DNA of 64,000 nt from Vulcanisaeta sp. AZ3 (GTDB lineage Archaea; Thermoproteota; Thermoprotei; Thermoproteales; Thermocladiaceae): NCBI GenBank assembly GCA_000960865.2, contig JZWU02000002.1, positions 32,656 through 96,655 on the forward strand. The letters are read 5' to 3'. Every line of letters starts with the position of its first letter. The first letter of the stretch is position 1. Under the pieces are notes generated by a model. The model ran no database searches and was not told the origin of the DNA. It saw only the letters and a program-made list of their open reading frames with translations. Made by a program: the position numbers and the translations under genes. Of the stretch, positions 50,563 to 60,524 are shown piece by piece.

Positions 50563-51720
50563 ATGAGTGAGAGGGTTGCAATTGTGGGTGTTGGTTATTA
50601 TGGGTTTAAACCCGTAGTTGAAGAGGCCTCCTTCAGGGAGATGATGTTTGAGGCCGCGGTCAGGGCTTATGAAGACGCCGGTAGTATAAACCCAAGAACT
50701 GATATTGACGCCTTCGCCAGTTGCCAGGAGGACTTTTGGGAGGGCATTGCCATAGCCGATGAATTCACACCAGAGCCCATAGGGGGTGCATTAAAGCCCG
50801 TCTTCACAACACCCGGTGATGGACTTCAATGCGTGGCTAATGCCTACATGCTCATTAAAACTGGACAGTTTAATGTCGTCGTTGCAGAGTCCCATGCTAA
50901 GCCCAGTGATATCATTAATATGCATGATGTGATGTCCTTCGCGATGGACCCAATAACCCTAAGGCCCATAGGAATGCCGAATTACCATGCCTTAGCTGCG
51001 TTGGAGGCTCAGTTATATATGAGTAGGTATAATGTGCCTAGGGAGGCTTTGGCCTACGTGGTTGCTAAGGATAAGAGAAATGCATTATTAAATGAGAGGG
51101 CTAGTTATGGGGCTAACATAACGGTGGATGATGTACTTAACATGCCATACGTCACATCGCCACTCACGAAACTTGACATAGCACCCTACGCAGATGCGGC
51201 AGTGGTAGTTGTACTAGCGAGTGAGGATGTAGCCCGCAAATATACAGACACGCCGATTTGGATTGATGGCATTCATTGGATTACAGAGGAACCCTCACTT
51301 GAATTCCATAATTGGGAGTTTCCAATGCATGCTATGAAGGCTGCTGAGGCTGCTTATAAAATGGCTGGTATTCAAGACCCGATTAAGGAGTTAAACTTCG
51401 CTGAGGTTGATGTTAGGTATAGTTTTAAGGAGCTTCAATTCATCGAGGCCCTAAAGTTAGCATCACTTGGTGAAGCTCATAAATTACTACTCGAGGGTGT
51501 CTTTGATAGGGATGGGTTATTCCCAGTAAACCCAAGTGGTGGTGCACTGGGTGAGGGTGTGCCTCTTGAGGTTCATGGCTTGGCGAGACTTTTTGATGCT
51601 GTTCTTCAATTAAGGGGTGAGGCAGGTAAGGCGCAATTGAGTAAGGCTGAGAGGGCAGTGGTTCATAGTTGGCGTGGGATTCCTACGACAACTAGTGTAG
51701 TTGCAGTGTTGAGTAGGTGA
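50563..51720 (+). CDS. Thiolase-domain protein (SCP2-type), first of a pair
   Basis: FREMMFEAA, DAAVVVVLAS, PVNPSGG.LG.G, QLRGEAG. Confidence 0.88.
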   Translation: MSERVAIVGVGYYGFKPVVEEASFREMMFEAAVRAYEDAGSINPRTDIDAFASCQEDFWEGIAIADEFTPEPIGGALKPVFTTPGDGLQCVANAYMLIKTGQFNVVVAESHAKPSDIINMHDVMSFAMDPITLRPIGMPNYHALAALEAQLYMSRYNVPREALAYVVAKDKRNALLNERASYGANITVDDVLNMPYVTSPLTKLDIAPYADAAVVVVLASEDVARKYTDTPIWIDGIHWITEEPSLEFHNWEFPMHAMKAAEAAYKMAGIQDPIKELNFAEVDVRYSFKELQFIEALKLASLGEAHKLLLEGVFDRDGLFPVNPSGGALGEGVPLEVHGLARLFDAVLQLRGEAGKAQLSKAERAVVHSWRGIPTTTSVVAVLSR

Positions 51721-51778
51721 TGACTGTGAACCCCCACATTACGATAATACTTATAAATTCAAGGGGGTGGTTAGTATT

Positions 51779-52960
51779 ATGAGTAGGAATATTTACGTTA
51801 AGCACAGACCCGCCGTAATAGGCGCTGGATTAACGCTATTCAGGAGGAGACTCCTCGAAACACCTAAGGAACTTGCCTGGATAGCAGCTAAGCAGGCACT
51901 TGATGAGGCAGGATTAACGCTTAAGGATATTGATTGTGTAGTAATAGGGTCAGCCCCAGATACATTTGATGGAGTGCATATGAAGGGGGAGTACCTAGCG
52001 GATGGGGCTGGTGGTGTAGGTAAACCAACCATGAGAGTAATCGTTGGTGGTGCCACAGGAGTAATGGTACCAATAGCCGCTTGGTGGCATGTGGCCAGTG
52101 GACATTGTAATACAGTGCTTGCGGTGGCTGAGGAGAAAATGAGCGATGCAGACATACCGCATCCACAAGCGGTGTTTAGGTATATATGGGACCCCGTAAC
52201 TGAGGTGCCCTTACAGCCAAACCTCATATGGATCTTCGCCATGGAGATGCATAGGTACATGTATAAATGTGGTGCTAAGAAGGAGGATATAGCTCTCGTA
52301 AGTGTTAAAAATAAGAGGAATGCCCTAGATCACCCCGCAGCTCAGGTTGCCGCGAACCTAACCGTCGATGATGTACTCAAGAGCGAGGTTCTCGTATGGC
52401 CTGTGCAATTACTCGATATATCACCAGTTAGTGATGGTGCTGCAGCCTTCGTGGTCGCAAATGAAAATGTGGCTAGGAGGCAGACGGATACTCCAGTCTG
52501 GATTGATGGTGTTGGTTGGGCCTTAGACACAACTTCTTGGACGAATAGGGACCTAGCGTTTCCTGAGTACGCCAATGTGGCTGCTCAGATGGCATATAGA
52601 ATGGCAGGAATTACAAACCCGAGGAGAGAGATAGATGTTGCTGAGGTTTACGATCCATTCGACTACAAGGAACTACACCATATGGAAGGTCTCGGGCTCG
52701 CGAAGAAGTGTGAGGCACCAATACTGACTAGAGAGGGTGTAACGCAGAGAGATGGGGATTTACCCATAAACCCATCAGGTGGATTACTGGGTGTTGGTAA
52801 TCCAATAGCTGCTGCTGGCACTATGAAGGTTGCTGAGATATACTGGCAATTAGCGGGTAAGGCAGGTAAGAGGCAGGTTAAGAAGCCCGTATATACGGGA
52901 CTTGCCCATGCTTGGGGCGACCTAATGCAAGCCAGTACAGTAGTCGTAATGAGGGTCTGA
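51779..52960 (+). CDS. Thiolase-domain protein (SCP2-type), second of a pair
   Basis: AEEKMS, SPVSDGAAA, AEVYDPF, PINPSGGLLGVGNP. Confidence 0.9.
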   Translation: MSRNIYVKHRPAVIGAGLTLFRRRLLETPKELAWIAAKQALDEAGLTLKDIDCVVIGSAPDTFDGVHMKGEYLADGAGGVGKPTMRVIVGGATGVMVPIAAWWHVASGHCNTVLAVAEEKMSDADIPHPQAVFRYIWDPVTEVPLQPNLIWIFAMEMHRYMYKCGAKKEDIALVSVKNKRNALDHPAAQVAANLTVDDVLKSEVLVWPVQLLDISPVSDGAAAFVVANENVARRQTDTPVWIDGVGWALDTTSWTNRDLAFPEYANVAAQMAYRMAGITNPRREIDVAEVYDPFDYKELHHMEGLGLAKKCEAPILTREGVTQRDGDLPINPSGGLLGVGNPIAAAGTMKVAEIYWQLAGKAGKRQVKKPVYTGLAHAWGDLMQASTVVVMRV

Positions 52961-53032
52961 CCTTAAGGCTTCGTGCTGGATTAAATGATTAAAGACTTAT
53001 AATTTATTAATAAGTTCATTATTGAGATTATA

Positions 53033-53824
53033 ATGAACATACCCTATTGGGAAGACCTAAGGAAAATTAGATCAAAGAGGCCATTAATACATCACCTAAT
53101 GAATTACGTTGTAATGAATGATACTGCGAATGTTACCCTAGCCGTCGGTGCATCCCCAATAATGGCTCATGCGAAGGAGGAGGTTGAGGAGTTAGCAGCT
53201 AAGGCGGATACGCTATACATAAACATTGGTACACTTGATGATCAGTGGATTGAGTCATTCCTATTAGCAGCAAAGGCAGCTAGTAAGAATAATGTACCAA
53301 TAATACTCGACCCAGTGGGCGCTGGAGCAACTAAGCTTAGGACCGAGACCGCGACGAAGATACTCACGGAGGCTGAGATCAGTGTGCTTAAGGGTAATGG
53401 TGGCGAGATGATGACCTTAGCCGGTTATTTAGGCATGGTTAAAGGCGTGGACTCCCTGAGTGAAGCAAGTTTGGAAATTGCTGAGAAGTTGGCTAAGGCG
53501 TATGGTGTGACGGCAGTCATAACAGGCCCAAGGGATTATATATCCGATGGCAGTAGAAGTGCCGTAGTTAGTAATGGCACACCAATGCTGCAGTTCATTA
53601 CTGGTAGTGGTTGTATGGTTGGTTCGGTCATAGCGAGCTTCATGGCTGTAAATAGAGACTTCTTAATGGCTTCCGTGGAGGGTTTAGTAACTTTTGAGGT
53701 AGCTGCAGAAAAGGCTGAGAAAGTGTCTGCGGGGCCTGCCACCCTGAAGTTGCATCTAATTGATGAGTTATATAATATGAAGGAGGAAGATTACTTGATG
53801 GCTAAGGTTGAATTAAAGACGTAA
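53033..53824 (+). CDS. thiM: Hydroxyethylthiazole kinase
   Basis: PLIHHLMNYV, GASPIMA, INIGTL, LDPVGAGAT, TGSGC. Confidence 0.95.
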   Translation: MNIPYWEDLRKIRSKRPLIHHLMNYVVMNDTANVTLAVGASPIMAHAKEEVEELAAKADTLYINIGTLDDQWIESFLLAAKAASKNNVPIILDPVGAGATKLRTETATKILTEAEISVLKGNGGEMMTLAGYLGMVKGVDSLSEASLEIAEKLAKAYGVTAVITGPRDYISDGSRSAVVSNGTPMLQFITGSGCMVGSVIASFMAVNRDFLMASVEGLVTFEVAAEKAEKVSAGPATLKLHLIDELYNMKEEDYLMAKVELKT

Positions 53825-53856
53825 TACTTTATTATCTCCTAAGCCCTATAAATAAT

Positions 53857-54858
53857 GTGAGGGCTGTTGTTGTCTACGAGCCTGGTAAATACGAGATTAG
53901 AGATGCGCCAATTCCTAGACTTAATGATGGTGATGTATTGATTAAAATAAACTACGCGGCGCTCTGCTATAGAGACCTATTGCAGTTGGCGGGTTACTAC
54001 CCTAGGATGAAGTATCCAGTGGTCCTTGGCCATGAGGCGATTGGTATAGTTGCTGAGTCCAGGGACCCTAGGTTCAAGCCTGGCGATAGGGTTGTACCGT
54101 TACTTCACGAGCCTGATGGAGTATGCGAGTTCTGTATGCGTGGCCTCGATTCTTACTGCCCAAGTGCTCTTAGTTATGGTGAGAATATTGATGGATTCTT
54201 TGCAGAGTATGCACGGGTGTCTGGTAATGCCCTTGTTAAGGTGCCTAATAATGTGCAGGATGAGTTGGCAGTTCTCGTGCCTTGCGTCATTGCCATGATT
54301 TATAAGGGGCTCAAGAAGGCTGGTTTAGCACCTGGGGAGACTGTGGTTGTGACTGGAGCTAGCGGTGGGGTTGGTATTCATGCAGTCCAGTTGGCCAGAG
54401 CCTTAGGTGCTAGGGTGATTGCTGTAACGAGGTCTGAGGAGAAGGCTAAGGTTATTGCTCAATTCGCAGATGATGTAGTTATTGGGCAGAGGTTTAGTGA
54501 TGCTATTAAGTCTATGACCAATGGTATTGGGACTGACGTTATTATTGAGGCTGTTGGTACACCAACCCTTGAAGAGTCGCTTAGGAGTTTACGTATGGGT
54601 GGTAGGGCGGTGATAATTGGTAATGTGAATCCAGACGTTAGTTATGCCCTTAGGCTTGGCTATATAATTATGAAGGATATTTCAATAATTGGTAATGTCA
54701 GGTCTAATAAGACTGATGTTGCTGAGACCTTGAGATTATTAGGTAAGGGTTACGTTAAGCCCGTGATTGCTGCCACATACTCACTAGATATGTTTAGTAA
54801 GGCCTTAGAGTTACTAAGAAATGGTTCTAGGGTTGGTAAGGTACTCATAAAACCCTAG
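53857..54858 (+). CDS. Zn-dependent MDR dehydrogenase, acryloyl-CoA reductase-like
   Basis: AALCYRDLLQL.GYYPRMKYPVVLGHE resembles the Sulfolobales acryloyl-CoA reductase N-terminus; TGASGGVGIH. Confidence 0.8.
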   Translation: MRAVVVYEPGKYEIRDAPIPRLNDGDVLIKINYAALCYRDLLQLAGYYPRMKYPVVLGHEAIGIVAESRDPRFKPGDRVVPLLHEPDGVCEFCMRGLDSYCPSALSYGENIDGFFAEYARVSGNALVKVPNNVQDELAVLVPCVIAMIYKGLKKAGLAPGETVVVTGASGGVGIHAVQLARALGARVIAVTRSEEKAKVIAQFADDVVIGQRFSDAIKSMTNGIGTDVIIEAVGTPTLEESLRSLRMGGRAVIIGNVNPDVSYALRLGYIIMKDISIIGNVRSNKTDVAETLRLLGKGYVKPVIAATYSLDMFSKALELLRNGSRVGKVLIKP

Positions 54859-54984
54859 TCATATCAATTCGTTAGAATAATAATGATTTTTATTGAATCC
54901 GCTTACGTGGCACTAGCTTGGTTTGTCTATTTATTTTCTACAATAAGAGAAGATTAATAAATAGGTCTTGACACACAAACTCCA

Positions 54985-56916
54985 ATGCCCACTGACATAA
55001 TGTGGGTTATAGGTGGGCCGCAAGGCGGTGGTATTGATACAGGAGCCAATGTATTCATGAGAGCTGTAGCTAGGGCTGGTTATTACGTGATTGGAGATAG
55101 GGAATATTTCTCGAATATTAAGGGTAGGCATAGTTACTTTATGGCTAGAGCTAGCGAGGAGCCGAGGGGTGGGTTTCTAGGTACGATTGATGTGTTGGTT
55201 GCTCTCGATGCAGAGACCATGTTTACTCATTTCCAAGATGTCAAGCGTGGTGGTTATGTAATTGTTGACACAACAACATTCAATACGAAGCTTGATCAGC
55301 TTCAATACATGGAGGATGAATTGAAGGAGAGACTCAGGGAGTGGTTTAGTAAGGTTGGTGTTGAACCAACAGTTAAGGGTATAATTGATTATTTAAGGAA
55401 TAATGGCATTAACGTCTTGACACTACATTACGCAGATCTACTGCAAGATATTAAGAAGAGAATGCATGATGTTGACCTACCCTCACTTATTGGTAGGTAC
55501 TCCAACGTAATAATGACCGCGTACTCTACCGCAATAATGGGTCTGCCTATCGAATATGTATTCAAGGGTCTTGAGGATGTGTTCACAGGGAGAAGAGGCA
55601 AGTTGCTTGAGTATAACAAGGCGGTTGTGGAGGTTATTTATGAGTATGCAAAGTCCATGAAGACCAACATAACTCTGACACCGATTAAAAGGAATGTTAG
55701 GGCTATAATCGTTAATGGTAATGAGGCTGTCGCCATAGGCAAGATACTCGGTGGACTCAGGTTCCAGACGTACTACCCAATAACACCAGCTGCTGATGAG
55801 TCCTTCTTCATCGAGGCTCATAATATTGTTGACCTAGACCCAGTTACAGAGGAGGCCAAGGCCTTAGAGAAGGCTGGTGTTGTAGTTGTTCAGACGGAAG
55901 ATGAGATTTCCGCAATAAACATGGCAATTGGCGCTGGCATTGCAGGTACTAGATCAGCAACCGCAACCTCAGGTCCAGGTTTAAGCCTAATGGTTGAGGG
56001 TGTGGGCTACGCCGGCATGAATGAGGTCCCCGTCGTAATAACACACTACCAGAGAGGTGGACCGAGCACTGGTTTACCCACAAGGAATAGCCAGTCGGAC
56101 TTGAGGTTTGTGATACATATGAGTCATGGTGAATTCCCAAGGATAGTAATATCCTCGGGTGATCATAGGGAGGCCATTGAGGATGCCTTCAAGGCCTTAA
56201 ATTGGGCTGAGAGGTATCAAATGCCTGTTTTCCACCTAGTGGATAAGGCGTTGGCTAATTCTTACTCCACAGTTGTTTGGGATTTAGATGAGAAGGCCTT
56301 GAAAATTGACAGGGGACTAATAGTAACTAAGGATGAGAATGACTACAGGAGGTTTAGGATAACAAAGGATGGTATTTCACCAAGGTCAATACCTGGGCTA
56401 GGTCCAATATTCTGGATGACTGGCGATGAGCATGATGAATTCGGTCACATAACGGAGGACCCTGTCATGAGGACTGAAATATATGTGAAGAGAATGAAAA
56501 AACTTGAACTTGCCGATAAGGAAATACCACTTGAGGATAAGGTTAGACTCTACGGTGCTGAGGATGCAGAAATAACATTGATTGGTTGGGGTTCAAGCAA
56601 GGGCGTCTTAATTGACACGATGAACATGCTGAGCAAAGAGGGTTACAAGGTGAACTTCCTGCAGTTGAGAATGTTCATACCATTCCCAACAGACTTCGTG
56701 AAGAATATCCTAGGTAGGGGACAGTTGCTCATTGATGTTGAGTCCAATTATGAGGCTCAGGCAGCCGCTGTGATTAGGGAGAAGACTGGTATTGAGGTTA
56801 AGCATAAGGTCCTTAAGGTCACAGGTAGGCCTGTATTCGTTGATGAAGTTTATGATGCTGTGAAGAAAATATTGAAGGATGGAGATGAGAGAATAGTACT
56901 CATGAGAGGCCCGTAG
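54985..56916 (+). CDS. 2-oxoacid:ferredoxin oxidoreductase, fused alpha(gamma) subunit
   Basis: GGPQGGG, YYPITPA, EDEI, TATSGPG, QRGGPSTGLPT. Confidence 0.95.
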   Translation: MPTDIMWVIGGPQGGGIDTGANVFMRAVARAGYYVIGDREYFSNIKGRHSYFMARASEEPRGGFLGTIDVLVALDAETMFTHFQDVKRGGYVIVDTTTFNTKLDQLQYMEDELKERLREWFSKVGVEPTVKGIIDYLRNNGINVLTLHYADLLQDIKKRMHDVDLPSLIGRYSNVIMTAYSTAIMGLPIEYVFKGLEDVFTGRRGKLLEYNKAVVEVIYEYAKSMKTNITLTPIKRNVRAIIVNGNEAVAIGKILGGLRFQTYYPITPAADESFFIEAHNIVDLDPVTEEAKALEKAGVVVVQTEDEISAINMAIGAGIAGTRSATATSGPGLSLMVEGVGYAGMNEVPVVITHYQRGGPSTGLPTRNSQSDLRFVIHMSHGEFPRIVISSGDHREAIEDAFKALNWAERYQMPVFHLVDKALANSYSTVVWDLDEKALKIDRGLIVTKDENDYRRFRITKDGISPRSIPGLGPIFWMTGDEHDEFGHITEDPVMRTEIYVKRMKKLELADKEIPLEDKVRLYGAEDAEITLIGWGSSKGVLIDTMNMLSKEGYKVNFLQLRMFIPFPTDFVKNILGRGQLLIDVESNYEAQAAAVIREKTGIEVKHKVLKVTGRPVFVDEVYDAVKKILKDGDERIVLMRGP

Positions 56917-56961
56917 AGACAAAGTTAATACCTTAAATATCTCTCCCTGGGTATTAAATCA

Positions 56962-58005
56962 ATGAAGGCAGTTACGGTAATACCTGGAGTACCAGAATCG
57001 CTTAGATTATTAGATGCGCCGAAGCCAAGCCCAGGTAAGGGTCAAGTATTACTCAAACCAATTAGAGTTGGTGTTTGTGGTACTGATAAGGAGATAATTG
57101 AGGGTAGGTATGGTAAGGCCCCGGAGGGCAGTCAATATTTGATTCTTGGTCATGAGTCTGTGGCTGTTGTTGGTGAGTTGGGTGATGGTGTTGATGGTGT
57201 TTCGCCTGGGGATATTGTAGTACCAACAGTAAGAAGACCCCTTAATTGTGATTTACCCGTGGACTTTTGCCCGGTGGGGCATTACTTAGAGCATGGTATT
57301 TGGGGTTTGCATGGTTTTGCTGCTGAGTATGCCGTAACAGACGCCAAATACCTAGTCAAAGTACCCAAAGAAACACAAGACATAGCCGTACTAACAGAAC
57401 CACTATCAATAGTCGAGAAGGGGATAGACATAGGACTCAGGATTGGGCAAGCAAGATTTGAATGGAAACCAAAGAATGCCTTAGTACTCGGCGCAGGACC
57501 AGTCGGGCTTCTAGCAACAATGGTGCTAAGACTAATGGGGCTTAATACAATAACCACAGCCACAAGGCCACCAGAGAGCCTAAAGGCAAAGCTTGTGGCG
57601 GAGCTCGGCGGTAGGTACGTGGACTCAGCAACAGAGCAGTTAAGTGGGGAATACGACATTGTCATAGAGGCCACCGGATCACCAACAGTTGCAATCGAGG
57701 GTCTAAGGCACCTTGCGCCCAACGGTATTTACGTATTACTCGGTGTATACCCAAGCGGTGGTTCCATGAATGATATAGGGGGTACAATGACAGAAATGGT
57801 CCTTAACAACAAGGTCGTTGTAGGCTCGGTGAATGCCGGTATAAAGCATTTCGAAATGGCCTTGGAACACTTGAAAAAGGCCAAGGAGGAATTCAATAAC
57901 TGGCCATTAAAGCTAATAACCAAGAGAGCAAACCTAGAGAATTACCAAGAGGCCTATACCTGGACTCACGAGGATATAAAGACCGTACTAGAGATAGCAC
58001 CATAG
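56962..58005 (+). CDS. gdh: Glucose 1-dehydrogenase (archaeal ED pathway)
   Basis: GVCGTDKEI, ILGHE, VVPTVRRP, EPLSIVEK, GSVNA. Confidence 0.92.
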   Translation: MKAVTVIPGVPESLRLLDAPKPSPGKGQVLLKPIRVGVCGTDKEIIEGRYGKAPEGSQYLILGHESVAVVGELGDGVDGVSPGDIVVPTVRRPLNCDLPVDFCPVGHYLEHGIWGLHGFAAEYAVTDAKYLVKVPKETQDIAVLTEPLSIVEKGIDIGLRIGQARFEWKPKNALVLGAGPVGLLATMVLRLMGLNTITTATRPPESLKAKLVAELGGRYVDSATEQLSGEYDIVIEATGSPTVAIEGLRHLAPNGIYVLLGVYPSGGSMNDIGGTMTEMVLNNKVVVGSVNAGIKHFEMALEHLKKAKEEFNNWPLKLITKRANLENYQEAYTWTHEDIKTVLEIAP

Positions 58006-58117
58006 ACCTTATCCGCTACATGCTGATTTTGCACACCCTTAGATTACGCAAATAGTATCTTACCCCGATGATTTTGGGGGAGATATATTGAGGAGAAGCC
58101 TTGAAAATATTAATACG

Positions 58118-59137
58118 TTATAGGGAGGCGCTTGAGGAGGGCATCTTAATAGTTCTCTGCTTGAAGTTGGGTAATAATCCTCCATGCCCCATTAAGGCTA
58201 TCTCCTCCTTCGTTGGTATTAGGTCGGCCATTAACCTAGGTAGGAATATGTCTAGGGCATTGTATTGATTATAATAAATACCTCCGGCGGACACGGACAA
58301 TATTGGCGTATTGTCTAGCTTGGCTATCATTGTCATTGTTGTAGGCTTTATGGGAATTCCATAGGCTATTACCTCAGCCCCCATCTTCCTTATGGCTGTT
58401 GGGGTCTTGTCCGTTGGATCCACCGACATACCTCCAGTAGTTACCACAGCCTCAGCTCCCTGTCTTACGGCCTCCCTTATGGCATTTATTATCCTCTCTT
58501 CGTCATCAGGAACCACCTCCCTATACACTATATTCCACCCAAACTTATTCGCCCTCTCCTTAATAACTGGGTAATAAAGATCCTCCCTTCTACCTTGGTA
58601 GATCTCTGTTCCTGTTATCACAACACCAAGCCTACTTCTCTTAAATGGAATCACATTAACGACACCTCTATACTTAAGTAAACCCTCAACATCAGACCTC
58701 CTCATACTAAGTGGTATAACATCAATGATGCCCACTAGATCATTTACAATAACCCCAGTATAACTAGCCTCAGTAATTAGGAGAACAGTCTCACTAAGAT
58801 TTAGCTTTCTCAGGGAGTCTACATCCACAACTAAGACACCATTAACACTAGCCAATAATCGCGCAGAACCTTGTCTAGCGAGTTCAACACGGACGTTCTC
58901 ACCAGCCACAGCCTCAGCTGCGATCTTCGCAATCTCCCACTCATACACGATATCATTAGCCTCCTCGTCACCAATAACCCAGACAAAATAAACGCCCGAG
59001 TTCTTAAGCTTCTCCACATCCTCCCTAGTTATTACATGGCCTCTAGGTAGAAGCACGGTAGCTCCATCTAAACCTACGTATGTCGTATCATAACCTAAAG
59101 CAAGGCCTATTGCATCATCAACCCTAACAAGCCTCAT
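58118..59137 (-). CDS. Molybdopterin-binding (MoeA-like) protein
   Basis: ITGTEIYQGR, TTGGMSVDPTDKTP, MGHGGL. Confidence 0.85.
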   Translation of the reverse strand: MRLVRVDDAIGLALGYDTTYVGLDGATVLLPRGHVITREDVEKLKNSGVYFVWVIGDEEANDIVYEWEIAKIAAEAVAGENVRVELARQGSARLLASVNGVLVVDVDSLRKLNLSETVLLITEASYTGVIVNDLVGIIDVIPLSMRRSDVEGLLKYRGVVNVIPFKRSRLGVVITGTEIYQGRREDLYYPVIKERANKFGWNIVYREVVPDDEERIINAIREAVRQGAEAVVTTGGMSVDPTDKTPTAIRKMGAEVIAYGIPIKPTTMTMIAKLDNTPILSVSAGGIYYNQYNALDIFLPRLMADLIPTKEEIALMGHGGLLPNFKQRTIKMPSSSASL

Positions 59138-59236
59138 GCAGTTAGTAACTGTTGTGATACGTATTATTAAGTATTTACTTAATCATTTAATCAAGCACAA
59201 ATGACTTATTAATACCGCACACAGAGCTAATTAACA

Positions 59237-60124
59237 ATGGAGCAGTTGAAGGTTGGCTTCATAGGGCTTGGAATAATGGGCGGCGCAATGGCAATGAATA
59301 TTCACAAAAGGGGTTTTCCATTAATCGTGTACAACAGAACAAGGAGTAAGACGGAACCCTTCGCAAGGCTCGGAATACCAGTAGCTAACTCACCCAAGGA
59401 GGTTGCTGAGAATAGCGATGTCGTAATTGACATGGTTGTCGATGCACCGGATGTTGAGGAGGTACTATTTGGAAGGGATGGTGTTATTCATGGCGCTCAC
59501 TCAGGACTAATTGTCATAGACATGAGCACAAACTCACCGGATTATGCTAGGTACTTCGCTAAGAGGCTTGCTGAATACGGTGTTGAGTTCCTGGATGCTC
59601 CAGTAACTGGTGGTGATATTGGTGCTAGACAGGGAACATTGACAATAATGGTTGGTGGTAAGAGAGAGGTTTTTGAGAGGGTTAAGCCCGTGTTTGAGGC
59701 CATGGGTAAGACGATAGTCTACGCCGGTGAGGTTGGTAACGGGCAAATGCTTAAGCTATTAAACCAAATAGTGGTTGGTATAAACATGTTAGCAGTTACA
59801 GAGGCCATGGCACTGGCTAAGAAGGCGGGTATTAACATGGATGCACTCTTCACTATATTATCCACAGGAGGAGCTAACTCCTTCACTGTTCAATACTACA
59901 TGCCAAAGATGATGAAGGGAGACTTCGAACCAGGCTTTAAAACAGCTCACTTAAAGAAGGACCTTAGGTACGCCCTAGAAATTGCAAATAGGCTCAATGT
60001 ATCATTGCCAGGAACCGCGCTCACCCTAGAGCTATACAATGCCCTACTCTCCAAGGGACTTGGCGAGAAAGGCACGCAGGCATTACTGAAGCTATACTAT
60101 GAACTAGCAAACATTAATGAATAA
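59237..60124 (+). CDS. 3-hydroxyisobutyrate dehydrogenase / 2-hydroxy-3-oxopropionate reductase family
   Basis: GFIGLGIMG, DMST, FLDAPVTGG, KLLNQ, KDL. Confidence 0.92.
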   Translation: MEQLKVGFIGLGIMGGAMAMNIHKRGFPLIVYNRTRSKTEPFARLGIPVANSPKEVAENSDVVIDMVVDAPDVEEVLFGRDGVIHGAHSGLIVIDMSTNSPDYARYFAKRLAEYGVEFLDAPVTGGDIGARQGTLTIMVGGKREVFERVKPVFEAMGKTIVYAGEVGNGQMLKLLNQIVVGINMLAVTEAMALAKKAGINMDALFTILSTGGANSFTVQYYMPKMMKGDFEPGFKTAHLKKDLRYALEIANRLNVSLPGTALTLELYNALLSKGLGEKGTQALLKLYYELANINE

Positions 60125-60204
60125 GCAACTAAAAATGGAAAATCCATAAAACTCTAATTTGTTTTAGAGAATCCTAGAGGTATATGATGATGTTCATGTA
60201 TTGT

Positions 60205-60283
60205 TGGTGCGGCCGCCGGGATTCGAACCCGGGTTCTGCGGCTCGGCAGGCCGCCATCCTGGACCAGGCTAGACTACGGCCGC
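60205..60283 (-). tRNA. tRNA-Gly (anticodon GCC), CCA encoded
   Basis: Minus strand GCGGCCGTAGTCTAG...GCGGC-CTGCCGA-GCCGC...GGTTCGAATCCCGGCGGCCGC-A-CCA. Confidence 0.97.
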
Positions 60284-60524
60284 ATGTTTACGCTCCTTAC
60301 TTGAGCATTTAAGTTTTTTGTCATTAAGGGCTAAATGCAAGATAAGGCAGGCTTAGGTTCGTACCGTATTCATGTCGTTGAGTGAGTCTTAGTAGCTCTA
60401 ATGTCGCTAGACTTAAATCAATGATATGGATGCTTGTGAGGAAATGTTAATTGCAATAAATGATTAAACACTTAATATGTGAAGGAGGAAGAGTTTTTAA
60501 TTTTATTGCTTAATTGGCTGATTA

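Noticed and set aside
52961-53032. TPP riboswitch upstream of thiM
   Set aside because: Spacer is short and AT-rich and lacks the TGAGA core
56962-58005. Glucose dehydrogenase with a shortened structural-zinc loop
   Set aside because: Appears to be the ordinary Thermoproteales variant rather than a novelty
20033-60283. tRNA introns or split tRNAs
   Set aside because: Both tRNAs fold completely without insertions
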